In this document: one piece after another, positions 28,367 to 37,877 of the stretch
Position numbering within the stretch: position 1 is the first letter of the stretch
How the letters are laid out: each line of letters opens with the position of its first letter
DNA from: Adineta steineri
Taxonomy: Eukaryota
Length of the DNA stretch: 64,000 nt
Direction of reading: 5' to 3'
NCBI GenBank assembly: GCA_905250115.1
Contig: CAJNOI010000010.1
Span: 327,403-391,402 of the forward strand
Position numbers and translations under genes: made by a program
The notes under the pieces: generated by a model
Told to the model about the DNA's origin: nothing
Seen by the model: only the letters and a program-made list of their open reading frames with translations
Databases searched by the model: none

Positions 28367-29518
28367 CAGGGATCCTCATGGGATGGGATGGGATGAACTC
28401 TCGTTCCCACGGGATGGGATGGGATGAGTGTTGCCTCCCATGGGATATATGATTTCTTTTTTTTAAGAAAAATATTATTTCGAATAGAAGTTGCATTTGA
28501 CAAGCGGTAGACATAAGTATTATATTCGTCGCTTTTCTGTATTGATTAATAATTTTTACTCTAAACATTATCAAACAGATAAAAAAAGGAATGATAAAAT
28601 TAGAAATCAGAAAAGGAAATCTAAATATTATTAGATCAATAGTATAAAATATTTTATTGTCTTTCGTTATGATATTTACTCAATATTATTTGTCGTTGGA
28701 TTTCATTTGTATTTTTGTACTTATGTATATGATTAATCTTTTTTGTTGATAAGCGGAGCTTTTGTTTGATTTTATTAGGGAGAGGAGAAGGCAGAAACCA
28801 GAGAGAAAGTCTCCCGAAACCAGGTAGAAAATCTTAAGATCAGAGAGAAATGATCTACATGTCATAAGAACTTTCCTCTTTGCGAGAAAACGGCTAATTC
28901 TCCTTGAAAACTATTGTGAAAGCCTTTTTCTACACCTAAAACAATTGATTTTAGTCAATTCTTCAAAATCTCTTTCTCTTTTGAAGGAAGTTTTTTCTTT
29001 TGCATGAATCCTTTAAATTAGTGCTATAAAGAATACCAAAAAGTAGTCAATAAAGAATTTTAGGGGAAAAACTATAGAAGAACAAAAAATTAAGTGGGTA
29101 AATATTTCCCTGCTTCCCACCCTAATCGTATGGTCTGTTGATAATAGTATTGCTATTTTGTATTTTCTTATTTTTTTTGTCTTTTGAGAAAGTACTATTG
29201 TATAGAGAAAAGTATTGAAGTAACTTTTATTTTATATTTATAAAAAATAGATTATCATAAAGAATGTATCATAAATGTAAATGATTATTTGATTTAATCA
29301 AACATATTGCAGAATTAAATTTAATTTTCAATAGAGTTTTATTACAGTGTGACATATCCCATGGGATCCCATGGGATGGGATGGGACTGGTCATGATTCC
29401 CATCGGATGGGATGGGATGAATATTGTTTTTCAGAGGATCCCATGGGATGGGATGGGATAAGTCGCATCGTCCCGTGGTACGAAAAGTCCGTCCCATTCC
29501 ATCGCATGAGGATCCCTG
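28367..29518. mobile_element. Non-autonomous hAT-like transposon (~1.15 kb). TIR CAGGGATCCTCATGGGATGG, (GGGATG)n subterminal repeats, and an 8-bp TSD CCACCGAT at 28359-28366 and 29519-29526
   Basis: The left end cagggatcctcatgggatgggatggg has its reverse complement at the right end (...cccattccatcgcatgaggatccctg). Identical 8-bp direct repeats flank the element. The TIR start CAGGGAT- matches Ac/Ds-type hAT termini. There is no transposase ORF inside. Confidence 0.6.
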
Positions 29519-29562
29519 CCACCGATATATCGTGTAATTTGTCTTCGTTTAGAAAATCAAAA

Positions 29563-29910
29563 ATGCAATATAAATCACTGATTTTTATTTTGTTTTTACT
29601 TACATTATTGACAATCAGTCAAGCAAATGAATCATTTAATATTCCATTGGATAATCATTGTAAGAACTTATCTACTTAAATGAAAAAAAGTAACGCATTA
29701 CATTCTCGTATGTTCTTTTTCCTAGTAGTGAATCATATTGAAGTAGTTAAGCATGAACCTCGTAGTTTGGGTTGTAATGGAGTAAATGATCAAAACGTAT
29801 ATAAATGTCGAATGCATTGTCGAAGTCGAAAATTTAAAAATGGTCGATGTAGTAAATTATCAAATTATATGCATTGTGTGTGTTATACATCACTAAATCC
29901 AAAAGCATAA
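29563..29910 (+). CDS. Defensin-like (CS-alpha-beta) secreted cysteine-rich peptide, 2 exons (29563-29659, 29726-29910)
   Basis: Signal peptide MQYKSLIFILFLLTLLTISQA. A phase-1 intron with gtaag donor and ttcctag acceptor. The mature region is GCNGVNDQNVYKCRMHCRSRKFKNGRCSKLSNYMHCVCYT, giving C-x11-C-x3-C-x9-C-x8-C-x-C. This is the CxxxC...GxC...CxC pattern of invertebrate defensins. Confidence 0.55.
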
Positions 29911-30500
29911 CATCTTTAAGAATATTATACTCAAGATATATATATTAACTTTGTTATATTTATTTTTCGTTAAAACTTTATTCAAGAATATCTAATATAT
30001 CAGTTACAAAATATTTTTACATGAATCATTATATTTCTTTTCGTACGATGGATAACGGTATGGATATAGGATAAAAATTTCACTTGAACAGAAATCTATG
30101 ACACTAAAGAGAACAGTAAAATGAAAACGATATTGACAGAAAGAAAGCAAAAAAGACTGTTGATTTTAAAGGTTAAATTAAGAAAAAATACTTCTCCTTT
30201 TATTATATGTGCACGCTCGACACTCTTTTGAAGTATATGACTCACTTGAATTTGAAATCATTTTTATTTCTTCTTCTACTGTCAATATTATCTGACAGAT
30301 ATCGATATGTTTTTGAGTAAAGTGACGCAAATTTGATATCATTTTACTTTGTAATATACCTGATATTGTATAGTCTATGTAAAATGAGAGAGAACTGTCT
30401 GCCAAAAGGTTATTTTATGCACAGTCAATATAAAACAAACAGCTCTCTTTTCACGTATATATCAACTCAGCAAAGTATCGGATCAGTTTTTAATAGATAT

Positions 30501-30562
30501 CTTGAGAGAGTAGGTTAGAGTTAAGTGTGCGCATAAGGATAGTATAACACCCACACCCTCAG
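30501..30562. repeat. Degenerate telomere-repeat foldback #7 (cttgagagagtaggttagag...acacccacaccctcag)
   Basis: CTTGAG and CCCTCAG termini. It directly abuts the 5' truncation point of a TPR fragment. Confidence 0.55.
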
Positions 30563-30918
30563 TTCACGAAAAAGCCCTAGCAATTCGACAACAATCACTG
30601 CCTTCCAATCATCCTGATTTAGGTGGTTCCCATAATAACATCGGTAATGTGTATAGACACATGGGTGACTATTCAAAAGCACTTTCATCTCATGAAAAAG
30701 CCCTAGAAAGTCGACAGCAGTCACTTCCTTCTAGTCATCCTGCTATGGTCAGTTCCTATAACAACATCGGAATTGTGTATGATATCATGGGTGATTATGC
30801 AAAAGCTCATTCATTTTATGAGCGTGCTGTACAAATTGGACAACAATCATTACCAATAAATCATCTTAATCTTCAAACATGGAGAAAAAACCTCGAGCAC
30901 ATAAACAAGAAATTATAA
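30563..30918 (+). pseudogene. 5'-truncated TPR fragment (C-terminal ~118 codons of the ART-TPR family) with a conserved 3' UTR
   Basis: The reading frame starts mid-repeat (HEKALAIRQQSLPSNHPDLG...) immediately after hairpin #7. It ends ...AHSFYERAVQIGQQSLPINHLNLQTWRKNLEHINKKL*. The 3' UTR matches the 3' UTR of the 904-aa gene (reverse strand, 60660-60732) and of the copy at 33967-34050. Confidence 0.7.
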
Positions 30919-31608
30919 TTTGTTTCTGTTTTTTTTTGAAAGTAAAATAAAGCTGCTGGAAAAGAAAATGTGTCTTTATTGAAACTCTGTTCTTGCTGAG
31001 AACATAATAGGAGCAGTAACACTCAGCGGTAAGGTAAACGATATATATTGAAAAGTTATATATGTACATATATTATATTTGTATCAACATTAAATAATAT
31101 ATGAAAAAATTTCTATCATTTTAAAATATTGAAATTATGCTTCTCAAACAACATCAATAATGAGTCATATTTTAAACGAAGATCAGTATATGCAACTAAG
31201 ATATGTGTAGGCTGATACAAATGAATAATTCTTTTTTTTCTTCTTTAGATATATGATACAGAACATTGAGAATCTTAAATGACTACTACAGTAGTTAGAT
31301 TTCAAAGTTAATGAGCTTCTTAATTTTCAAAAAGATTTCAATATTTTGTAAGTATTCTTTGGATATTATACAAAAAAAAGACAAACCAATTATGAATAGC
31401 TTTTATATAAATACTCCATATTTTACCTTGTAATCCGTCATAAAGTAAAGATAACGAAAAGTGATATTTTATATGAGTCATGTTGACTCTTATCGCTTAG
31501 TTACTATTGTAGTCATATATCACGATTATCGTCATTACTAATACGATATACAATATATATATATATATTCTACTACAATTTTATTTCATTTATTCATCAC
31601 ACAGAAAA

Positions 31609-32465
31609 ATGTTCAAAAATAACGATTATACTGCGAATGCTGGTGTTGGAAATGGTTTTCCGCCAGCTTATTCACGTCATCAACATGCATGTCTGACACT
31701 AAATATGACGGATCGTCTAAGATTAATTCAATTTCCAACACCAATTATTGATATTATTCGTCAAACAATTCTCACTAGTTGGCGTCAAGGTATACAAAAA
31801 GAAAAAAACTATGCTGGTGCATATGAATTCAAATTCAAAGGTATGCCTTGGTATGGACAAGGAGCAGAAGCAGTAGAATCTCGATTTATGATGTATGTTT
31901 TATTTTTAATTATTTTAATCTTTATAAAAAATATTTTGTACATAGGATGTCAGTTCTTTCAACTTTGCATCATCAAGGATGGTATTTATTGATGTCAACT
32001 GATATTTCAAAAAAACAAGCAGATAAAGATTCATTAATTTTTCAACTCGGTACTCCTCCACCACCAACATCATTTTTTTCCGTGTCATTTAATGAATTAG
32101 ATAAATTACGATTAATTGGTGCTCCACCTGAGCTCATACCAGCAGTTCAACAAATTATTGGTACAAGTGAAATTCAACGGGAAGAATGGGTTTATTCTCA
32201 AGCAGCTTATCAATTTAAATTGTACGTAATATTTCATTTTCAAAAGCTTTGTATAAGTAGTTTATATATATTTTTTTTTATATTCAGACGTGGTCATCCA
32301 TGGCTAGGTAGTGGTGAAGAAGCTGTTACTAGTCGAATAAAACTGCTTAATTTACTCGATTGTTTTGCATCTTATGGTTGGCAATTACATGCAACTGTTG
32401 ATATGAGTCTAGGTCATGATGGTAGTGAGACCGATACTTGGTTTTTTCGCAGAATCCAGCAATAA
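31609..32465 (+). CDS. Uncharacterized protein with an internal tandem duplication of a ~90-aa domain, 3 exons (31609-31892, 31946-32221, 32288-32465)
   Basis: Repeat 1 is LRLIQFPTPIIDII...AGAYEFKFKGMPWYGQGAEAVESRFMM...GWYLL. Repeat 2 is LRLIGAPPELIPAV...QAAYQFKLRGHPWLGSGEEAVTSRIKL...GWQLH. The donors ATGAT|gtatgt and AAATT|gtacgt and the acceptors catag| and tattcag| preserve the frame. I do not recognise the family. Confidence 0.5.
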
Positions 32466-32700
32466 TAGTTGCCATCGATTTGTATTATTTTTCTAATAAT
32501 TTTTAATAAATATCAATTGTTAACTTTGTCATATGTATAATCCTATTTGAATTATAAATAGTTTTCTCGAATACATATGATAGTACAACTATACAACAAA
32601 ACAACATATAGAAGAAAACAAGGAGATTTAAAATAATAATAGAATATTTAATTCGAATAATTTACCAGATAGATAAAATTAACTATTTAAAATAAATTTC

Positions 32701-32745
32701 GTGGATGTCTACTCTTTGTATTCACATCCCCACTCACACTCAAGG
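32701..32745. repeat. Weak telomere-repeat-like foldback #8 (gtggatgt...tcacatccccactcacactcaagg)
   Basis: A short imperfect inverted repeat with a CACTCAAG end. Confidence 0.35.
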
Positions 32746-33444
32746 TTCATCAAATATCAAACTTTTAGAAAGTGCTTGATTTTATAAAAAGTAGAAATTC
32801 AATTGGATTTTCTGCTGAAAATCGAAACAAATATTGATCAACTCTCAGTCATATCTAAATATAGCCATATTCGCATGCGGATCGCGACAGTCTAGAGTCA
32901 AATGAATCAAGTTTCGATGAACGTTACTTGTTATCAAGTAGTAATAAAAAAAATCTATAAGAACGACAAACAACTACTAATATGAATAGTTTCTTCTGCA
33001 TTTCATATATTTGACCATAGAAAGTAAGAAATATAAGTGTTTTGTGTCTGAATAGCAATATTTTGTCAATTTTTATAAATTATAATGTCTACGATAATAT
33101 AACTATTTGCAACTTTTGAGTCTTCAATGATATGAGACATGAGAGCAGAAAGAAAACAACCCTAGACTGACATGTGTACAAAAACACTTAAGCAGTTCTT
33201 TTTTGTTTTCTACTTATTAATGAGGAATGTATATGTTGATCTCCGTTTGGTTTCATAATAAACATCTATAATTTTCAATGAAAAGGGCCTGGGCGTCAAA
33301 TTAAGAAAAAAAAGAAAACAAAATCCAAATAGAAAGTAGAGACACTATAAAATGAGCTATTCTAATCATTCTCTTACTCGCAAAGTTTTTCAAGCTACTC
33401 AAATACAACATATTCTTAGTAAAAGTAGCAAATAATCAGAACCA

Positions 33445-33966
33445 ATGGCAACTAGCAAATCAAGTGGTACAAAAAAAATTAACCTAGCATCTGGCGAAAT
33501 TTATCAAGCTTTACTTAATGAAACAACGAATGACAGTGACAAGGCAAGTATTTATCATCAACGAGGTCGAATCAAATATTTTCAAGGCGAATATCGAGAA
33601 GTACTTTCTTATTATGAAAATGCTCTTGTAGTTCAACGACAATCACTTCCTTCCAACCATCCTGATTTGGGGGGTTCCTATAACAACATCGGTAATGTGT
33701 ATAGACATATGGGTAATTATCCAAAAGCACTTTCTTATTATGAAAAAGCTCTTGTAGTTCAACGACAATCGCTTCCACCCAATCATCCTGATTTGGGTTC
33801 TTCCTATAATGATATAGGTAATGTGTATAGACACATGGATGACTATTCAAAAGCTCATTCATTTCATGAAAGTGCTGTACAAGTTGGACAGCAATTATTA
33901 CCAGCAAATCATCTTAGCCTTCAAAAATGGAGACAAAACCTGGAACACACAAAAAAGAAATTATAA
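33445..33966 (+). CDS. TPR-only short paralog (173 aa; first TPR units joined to the last TPR units of the ART-TPR family, with no ART domain); possibly a pseudogene
   Basis: It has its own ATG (MATSKSSGTKK...). ASGEIYQALLNETTNDSDKASIYHQRGRIKYFQGEY is parallel to AQEIYYDLLNQTTDESDKAPLYYQLGWIKYNQGEY in the 904-aa protein. Three TPR units follow, then the conserved tail ...HSFHESAVQVGQQLLPANHLSLQKWRQNLEHTKKKL*. The shared 3' UTR is cut at 34048 by hairpin #9. Confidence 0.45.
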   Translation: MATSKSSGTKKINLASGEIYQALLNETTNDSDKASIYHQRGRIKYFQGEYREVLSYYENALVVQRQSLPSNHPDLGGSYNNIGNVYRHMGNYPKALSYYEKALVVQRQSLPPNHPDLGSSYNDIGNVYRHMDDYSKAHSFHESAVQVGQQLLPANHLSLQKWRQNLEHTKKKL

Positions 33967-34047
33967 CTTCTTTCTGTTTCTTTTTTTGATAGTAAAATAA
34001 AGCTGATAGAAAATAAAATGTGTCTTTATTGAAACTTTGTTCTTGTT

Positions 34048-34117
34048 GAGCGTGGATGTGGGTATGAAGGCAGGTGGATTTTCAGATGATACATACCGAC
34101 ACTCACAGTCTCAAGAG
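34048..34117. repeat. Telomere-repeat foldback hairpin #9 (gagcgtggatgtgggtatgaaggcaggtggat...acataccgacactcacagtctcaagag)
   Basis: An inverted repeat that truncates the TPR 3' UTR. Confidence 0.7.
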
Positions 34118-34383
34118 TAGCAACGGAAGTGAATAATCTAAGTTAGTAAGAATTCTTTGTATCCCTTTCAAATAATAATAATATTATTCACCTTAAAAGG
34201 ATTTCTTCTCTGCTTGTAAGAGATAAGAACAAACCTTCATATACACGTCTGAGATAATGTTACATAGCAGAAAAAAACTTAAAAAATATGCATTCTCTCT
34301 TTCTGTTTTTCGATAACAAACAGTGCTTTTCTTTAGTCAACAAAGGTGCAAAAAAGCATCAAGCTTTTATAGTTCTTTTCACA

Positions 34384-34437
34384 AAATTAGATCGAGTGGG
34401 TGTGGGTATGTTAATAGATGTATTATAATTTACACCC
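34384..34437. repeat. Telomere-repeat foldback hairpin #10 (gagtgggtgtgggtatg...tacacccacgccctca)
   Basis: An inverted repeat read from the sequence. Confidence 0.8.
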
Positions 34438-34550
34438 ACGCCCTCATTTTGCTCCTTCGATCTAAACTTACAAATTGTAAGTTACAATTTAAAACTGCAC
34501 TGACTCAGTTCGCATGCTGCAATTTTTTACATACCAAAAACTGGGTGACT

Positions 34551-34649
34551 GTTAAGGGTGCGGATGGAGGTGGGTATAGGTGTGAGTGATGTTCGTATCC
34601 AACGCTCTCACCCACAGCCATACTATCCACACTCATATCCTACCCTGTG
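34551..34649. repeat. Telomere-repeat foldback hairpin #11 (gttaagggtgcggatggaggtgggtataggtgtgagtg...ctctcacccacagccatactatccacactcatatcctaccctgtg)
   Basis: An imperfect long-armed inverted repeat. Confidence 0.65.
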
Positions 34650-35220
34650 ATATACAAACTAAAATATACACCATCCATTACTTTGCTAGCGTTGAGGAAA
34701 CAGCGAAAATTTCTGTCAGCATACCCAAACAGCTGATTATGCTACTGTTTTAAAATGCTATATTTCGTCAAAAAGTTAATTTTATACAACAGTGTGGACG
34801 ATGTTTTCATTGTATTCTTGAATTCAGATTAGAATAAAATGTGCAAAGTCGCTTGAAAGCATCCTTCAACAAAGTCGAAATCGGTCGTGGTATGCTCTTC
34901 GTCTAACTTGCGCCTCAGTTCCAAAATTCTACAGTTTGTTCAAACATTGCTTTTATACAACTGTGTAGATCATGTTTTAGTTTTATTTTTTAAATTAGAA
35001 TCTGACTAAAGTACTTTGAGAATTAAATTACGTTATCACATCGAACTCATATTTGTGCTTATATATCGTTGAAATTTGTTTTGTAATCTCATATCTCTCT
35101 GTATTCATGATACATTACTGTAGTTATAATAATTCAGAACATACCTGATGATGACTATTTAAGCAATATTCGATATATGTCGTAAATATTTTAATTTAAT
35201 CATTCCTTATTGATTATCTA

Positions 35221-35335
35221 GTCCACACTCACATCTCATACCTAAACTAACATCTATACTCACCCTCACTCACACCTAAATCCAGCACATCCATACCCAC
35301 GCCCTCACAGCCACACTCCATATTTACACCCTCTT
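35221..35335. repeat. C-strand-only degenerate telomeric tract (~115 bp of CACAC/CCCAC-rich sequence with no partnering G-arm)
   Basis: cacactcacatctcatacc...caccctcactcacacc...ccatacccacgccctcacagccacactcc. Confidence 0.6.
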
Positions 35336-35505
35336 AATCTGGTTGAGACAATGACGATAGAATAGAACAATAGTTGATCTGTTCGATAGTTCGATTATAA
35401 AAGTCTTTTTATTTTGTGAGTTTCTCTTCAGCTGGAGAGAAGTAGACTTAACAATTATAGAATTATCAATAATTCTATAACGCATATGCTCTACTATACA
35501 TTATC

Positions 35506-36435
35506 CTACTCAGCTTTAGAAGAACAACAACAACCTATCAGCAACACCAAAACGAATGCTGAGTAACACAGGGTCATAATGCTAGATGTGACCAATACAA
35601 GGATCGATATAACTTTGTCATACGAGGGCAGCATTGATATAGGTATCTCTTTACTGGCAAAAACAATTGTGGAGATACTTACTACGGGTAACATAATAAT
35701 CAAAGAAACCAGCATCATAAAGTAGAACCAATATCGGTAGATTTTCGTGTAATGTTCCTCGAGTTGTTCTTCGACCACACTTAGATAATAACCGGAACTG
35801 GACATATTTTTCATTTCTTCTGAGGATATTCCTGAAGTAACCGTTTTTATGATTGACCGATTAGCATCATCTCCCACCCTATTGAAAACTAAACACATAA
35901 ACAAGCCGACTGTTGTCAATATTTCGTAGTAAGTACTGTGGAACTGTGAGTCCGATCGGAGAAACAGAACCACAAATTGATTCAGACTGGTCATTATAAA
36001 TGTGAATACGCTGAACAACAGTAATAGGATACGTTGACATACCGATGGTTTTTCATCTGCTCGACCGACCAGTATCATATTAATAATATGGAGTATCAAC
36101 TGAAAACCAAGACAACTCAGAGTTACAATACCCATAGTGAAAGCCAGTGTTTTATCGACATTCGGATCAAACAAGTGAAATATGCTAACATATCCACAAA
36201 ACTCAGCAATTTCGATCAGAAACGATAAAAGAATTTGTTTTCGTTTACTGATAATCAGCGAGTTCAATAATGATGCACCGCTGATTCCAAACAGAATAAA
36301 GAAAAGTTTACGCTCTTCCTCATCACTGGCGTTAGCCAGCTTACATAAAATCAAGACTGATAATTGTTCCCCAAAATTTGTTATATCTATCAGGATTGTG
36401 TTGAATTCGATAAAGTACTTCCGACAAGCGCCCAT
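35506..36435 (-). CDS. Multi-pass (7-8 TM) membrane protein, single exon, unknown family (receptor-like)
   Basis: 309-aa ORF with 7-8 hydrophobic helices. It is flanked on both sides by telomere-repeat elements (#12 and #13). Confidence 0.45.
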   Translation of the reverse strand: MGACRKYFIEFNTILIDITNFGEQLSVLILCKLANASDEEERKLFFILFGISGASLLNSLIISKRKQILLSFLIEIAEFCGYVSIFHLFDPNVDKTLAFTMGIVTLSCLGFQLILHIINMILVGRADEKPSVCQRILLLLFSVFTFIMTSLNQFVVLFLRSDSQFHSTYYEILTTVGLFMCLVFNRVGDDANRSIIKTVTSGISSEEMKNMSSSGYYLSVVEEQLEEHYTKIYRYWFYFMMLVSLIIMLPVVSISTIVFASKEIPISMLPSYDKVISILVLVTSSIMTLCYSAFVLVLLIGCCCSSKAE

Positions 36436-36573
36436 TTCTGTCGTTACTCTTGGAAATGAATTAAGTATACAAGTAACCTGCTACTCTCTTATCTTTGTAA
36501 ATGTTGAGTGCTATTGTATCAGTGAGTTTGATTAACTTTACAGCATTTATTATATGGTAACAGAGAGAACAAT

Positions 36574-36688
36574 AGGGTGTGAGGGCGTGGATGTGGATGT
36601 GGGTGTAGTTTGACTAGAGGGTGTAGGTATGAATCTTATAATCTTTTCTCCAACTATTTCATCTTCAACACCTACACCCACCCTTAAG
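36574..36688. repeat. Telomere-repeat foldback hairpin #13 (gggtgtgagggcgtggatgtggatgtgggtgtag...gagggtgtaggtatg ... acacctacacccacccttaag)
   Basis: An inverted repeat read from the sequence. Confidence 0.75.
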
Positions 36689-36923
36689 ATGACTTTTACT
36701 GTTCGTATTTTTGAGTTTCTCTTTTCTGTTGGTTTCTTATCACTTGAAGATTGTAAGTGACTGTGCATGTTTCTGTTGATGATTGATAAGAGACTTTTCG
36801 ACGACGAAATATCAGGTTATCAGTGAAAATTTCCAACTATGTGTTGCGTTATAAAAGAAGGCATAGAATGAGTTTTTTATTTAAAATTTCCAAGTTGACT
36901 AGGGTGTCGAATAATTGAGGATT

Positions 36924-36993
36924 CTTGAGGGTGAGCGTAGGTGTGGGTGTGGGTGTGGATGAAGATGACACATCTACACTCACACTCTCAATG
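36924..36993. repeat. Telomere-repeat foldback hairpin #14 (cttgagggtgagcgtaggtgtgggtgtgggtgtggatg...atctacactcacactctcaatg)
   Basis: An inverted repeat with CTTGAGGG and CTCAATG termini. Confidence 0.8.
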
Positions 36994-37152
36994 TAATTGA
37001 CATTTATTATTACAATTTGTAACTATGATTAATCTTTTTGTAACATATAATCTTCAATAAGATATATGTGCTACTATAATCTAGCATAACTAGTTTATTT
37101 TGAAAACAATTTTTACAAAAAAAGAAATAAAAAAAGTATATTCATTCTTTTT

Positions 37153-37860
37153 CTAAAAACCGGGTTCATGATGAAAAGCAAATTCTATATCATCACAACA
37201 TCTTTTTACTTGACTAGCCATAAGTGTATTTCCTGCTAGAAAAACACTTGTTGATTTATGTTCTGCTTTAAATTTCGAGAATAAAACTTTCCACGGAGGC
37301 CGTCCAACATTTGTTGACGTTTCCAATCCGGTATGTATATCATACTGTTGCATATCTGCATAGATATTAGCAACAAGATCATAGGGAAGAGCTTCTAATG
37401 TTGCTTTTTTATTCGGTTGTAATAATGTACGATATAGATGCATATCTAGATATCTTGATGTTGGTTCTGTAGAATTATTTCTTGTAGCAGTCATAATATT
37501 TAAATAATTTTCCTGTGCATTTCCGATTTCTTCAAGAATATCACGATAACTTGAGAAACTTTCAATTTCACGATCAATCCAAAAAAGTCTACTTTCTTAG
37601 GTTGTTGCTTTGATGTTTATGTATAATAATAACTGTAAGCATTACAACTAACACACACACATCGGTGATTTTGTACACGTTGAGTTAAACTATCCAAAGC
37701 ACTTATAGAAGGTGTTACTCCTATACCAACACCTATTAAAACTATATGTTTACTATTAAATACATGTGATGTACAAGTACTAAATGGTCTTTCAATCCAA
37801 ATGTCAGCATCTGGATCATTCGCTAAAAATGTAATCTCTTTTTAACTAAAATATTTCTTA
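37153..37860 (-). pseudogene. NADPH oxidase (NOX/ferric-reductase family) C-terminal NAD-binding fragment. The TM/heme and FAD domains are missing
   Basis: HIVLIGVGIGVTPSISAL matches the NOX VMLVGAGIGVTPFASIL. NVGRPPWKVLF, TSVFLAGNTLMASQ and the C-terminal FAFHHEPGF match NOX LYGRPNW..., GVFLCGPEALA... and ...FIFNKENF. There are two exons, with a stop immediately upstream of the first. The fragment is bounded by hairpins #14 and #15, and the upstream space is occupied by ELL. Confidence 0.55.
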
Positions 37861-37877
37861 AATTATCATTGGAATGA

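Noticed and set aside
29371-29562. N-terminal part of ORF 29371-29679 (MGWDGTGHDSHRMGWDEY...)
   Set aside because: It is a translation of the (GGGATG)n subterminal repeats and the TIR of the hAT-like element. The real coding start is the ATG at 29563, with a signal peptide after it.
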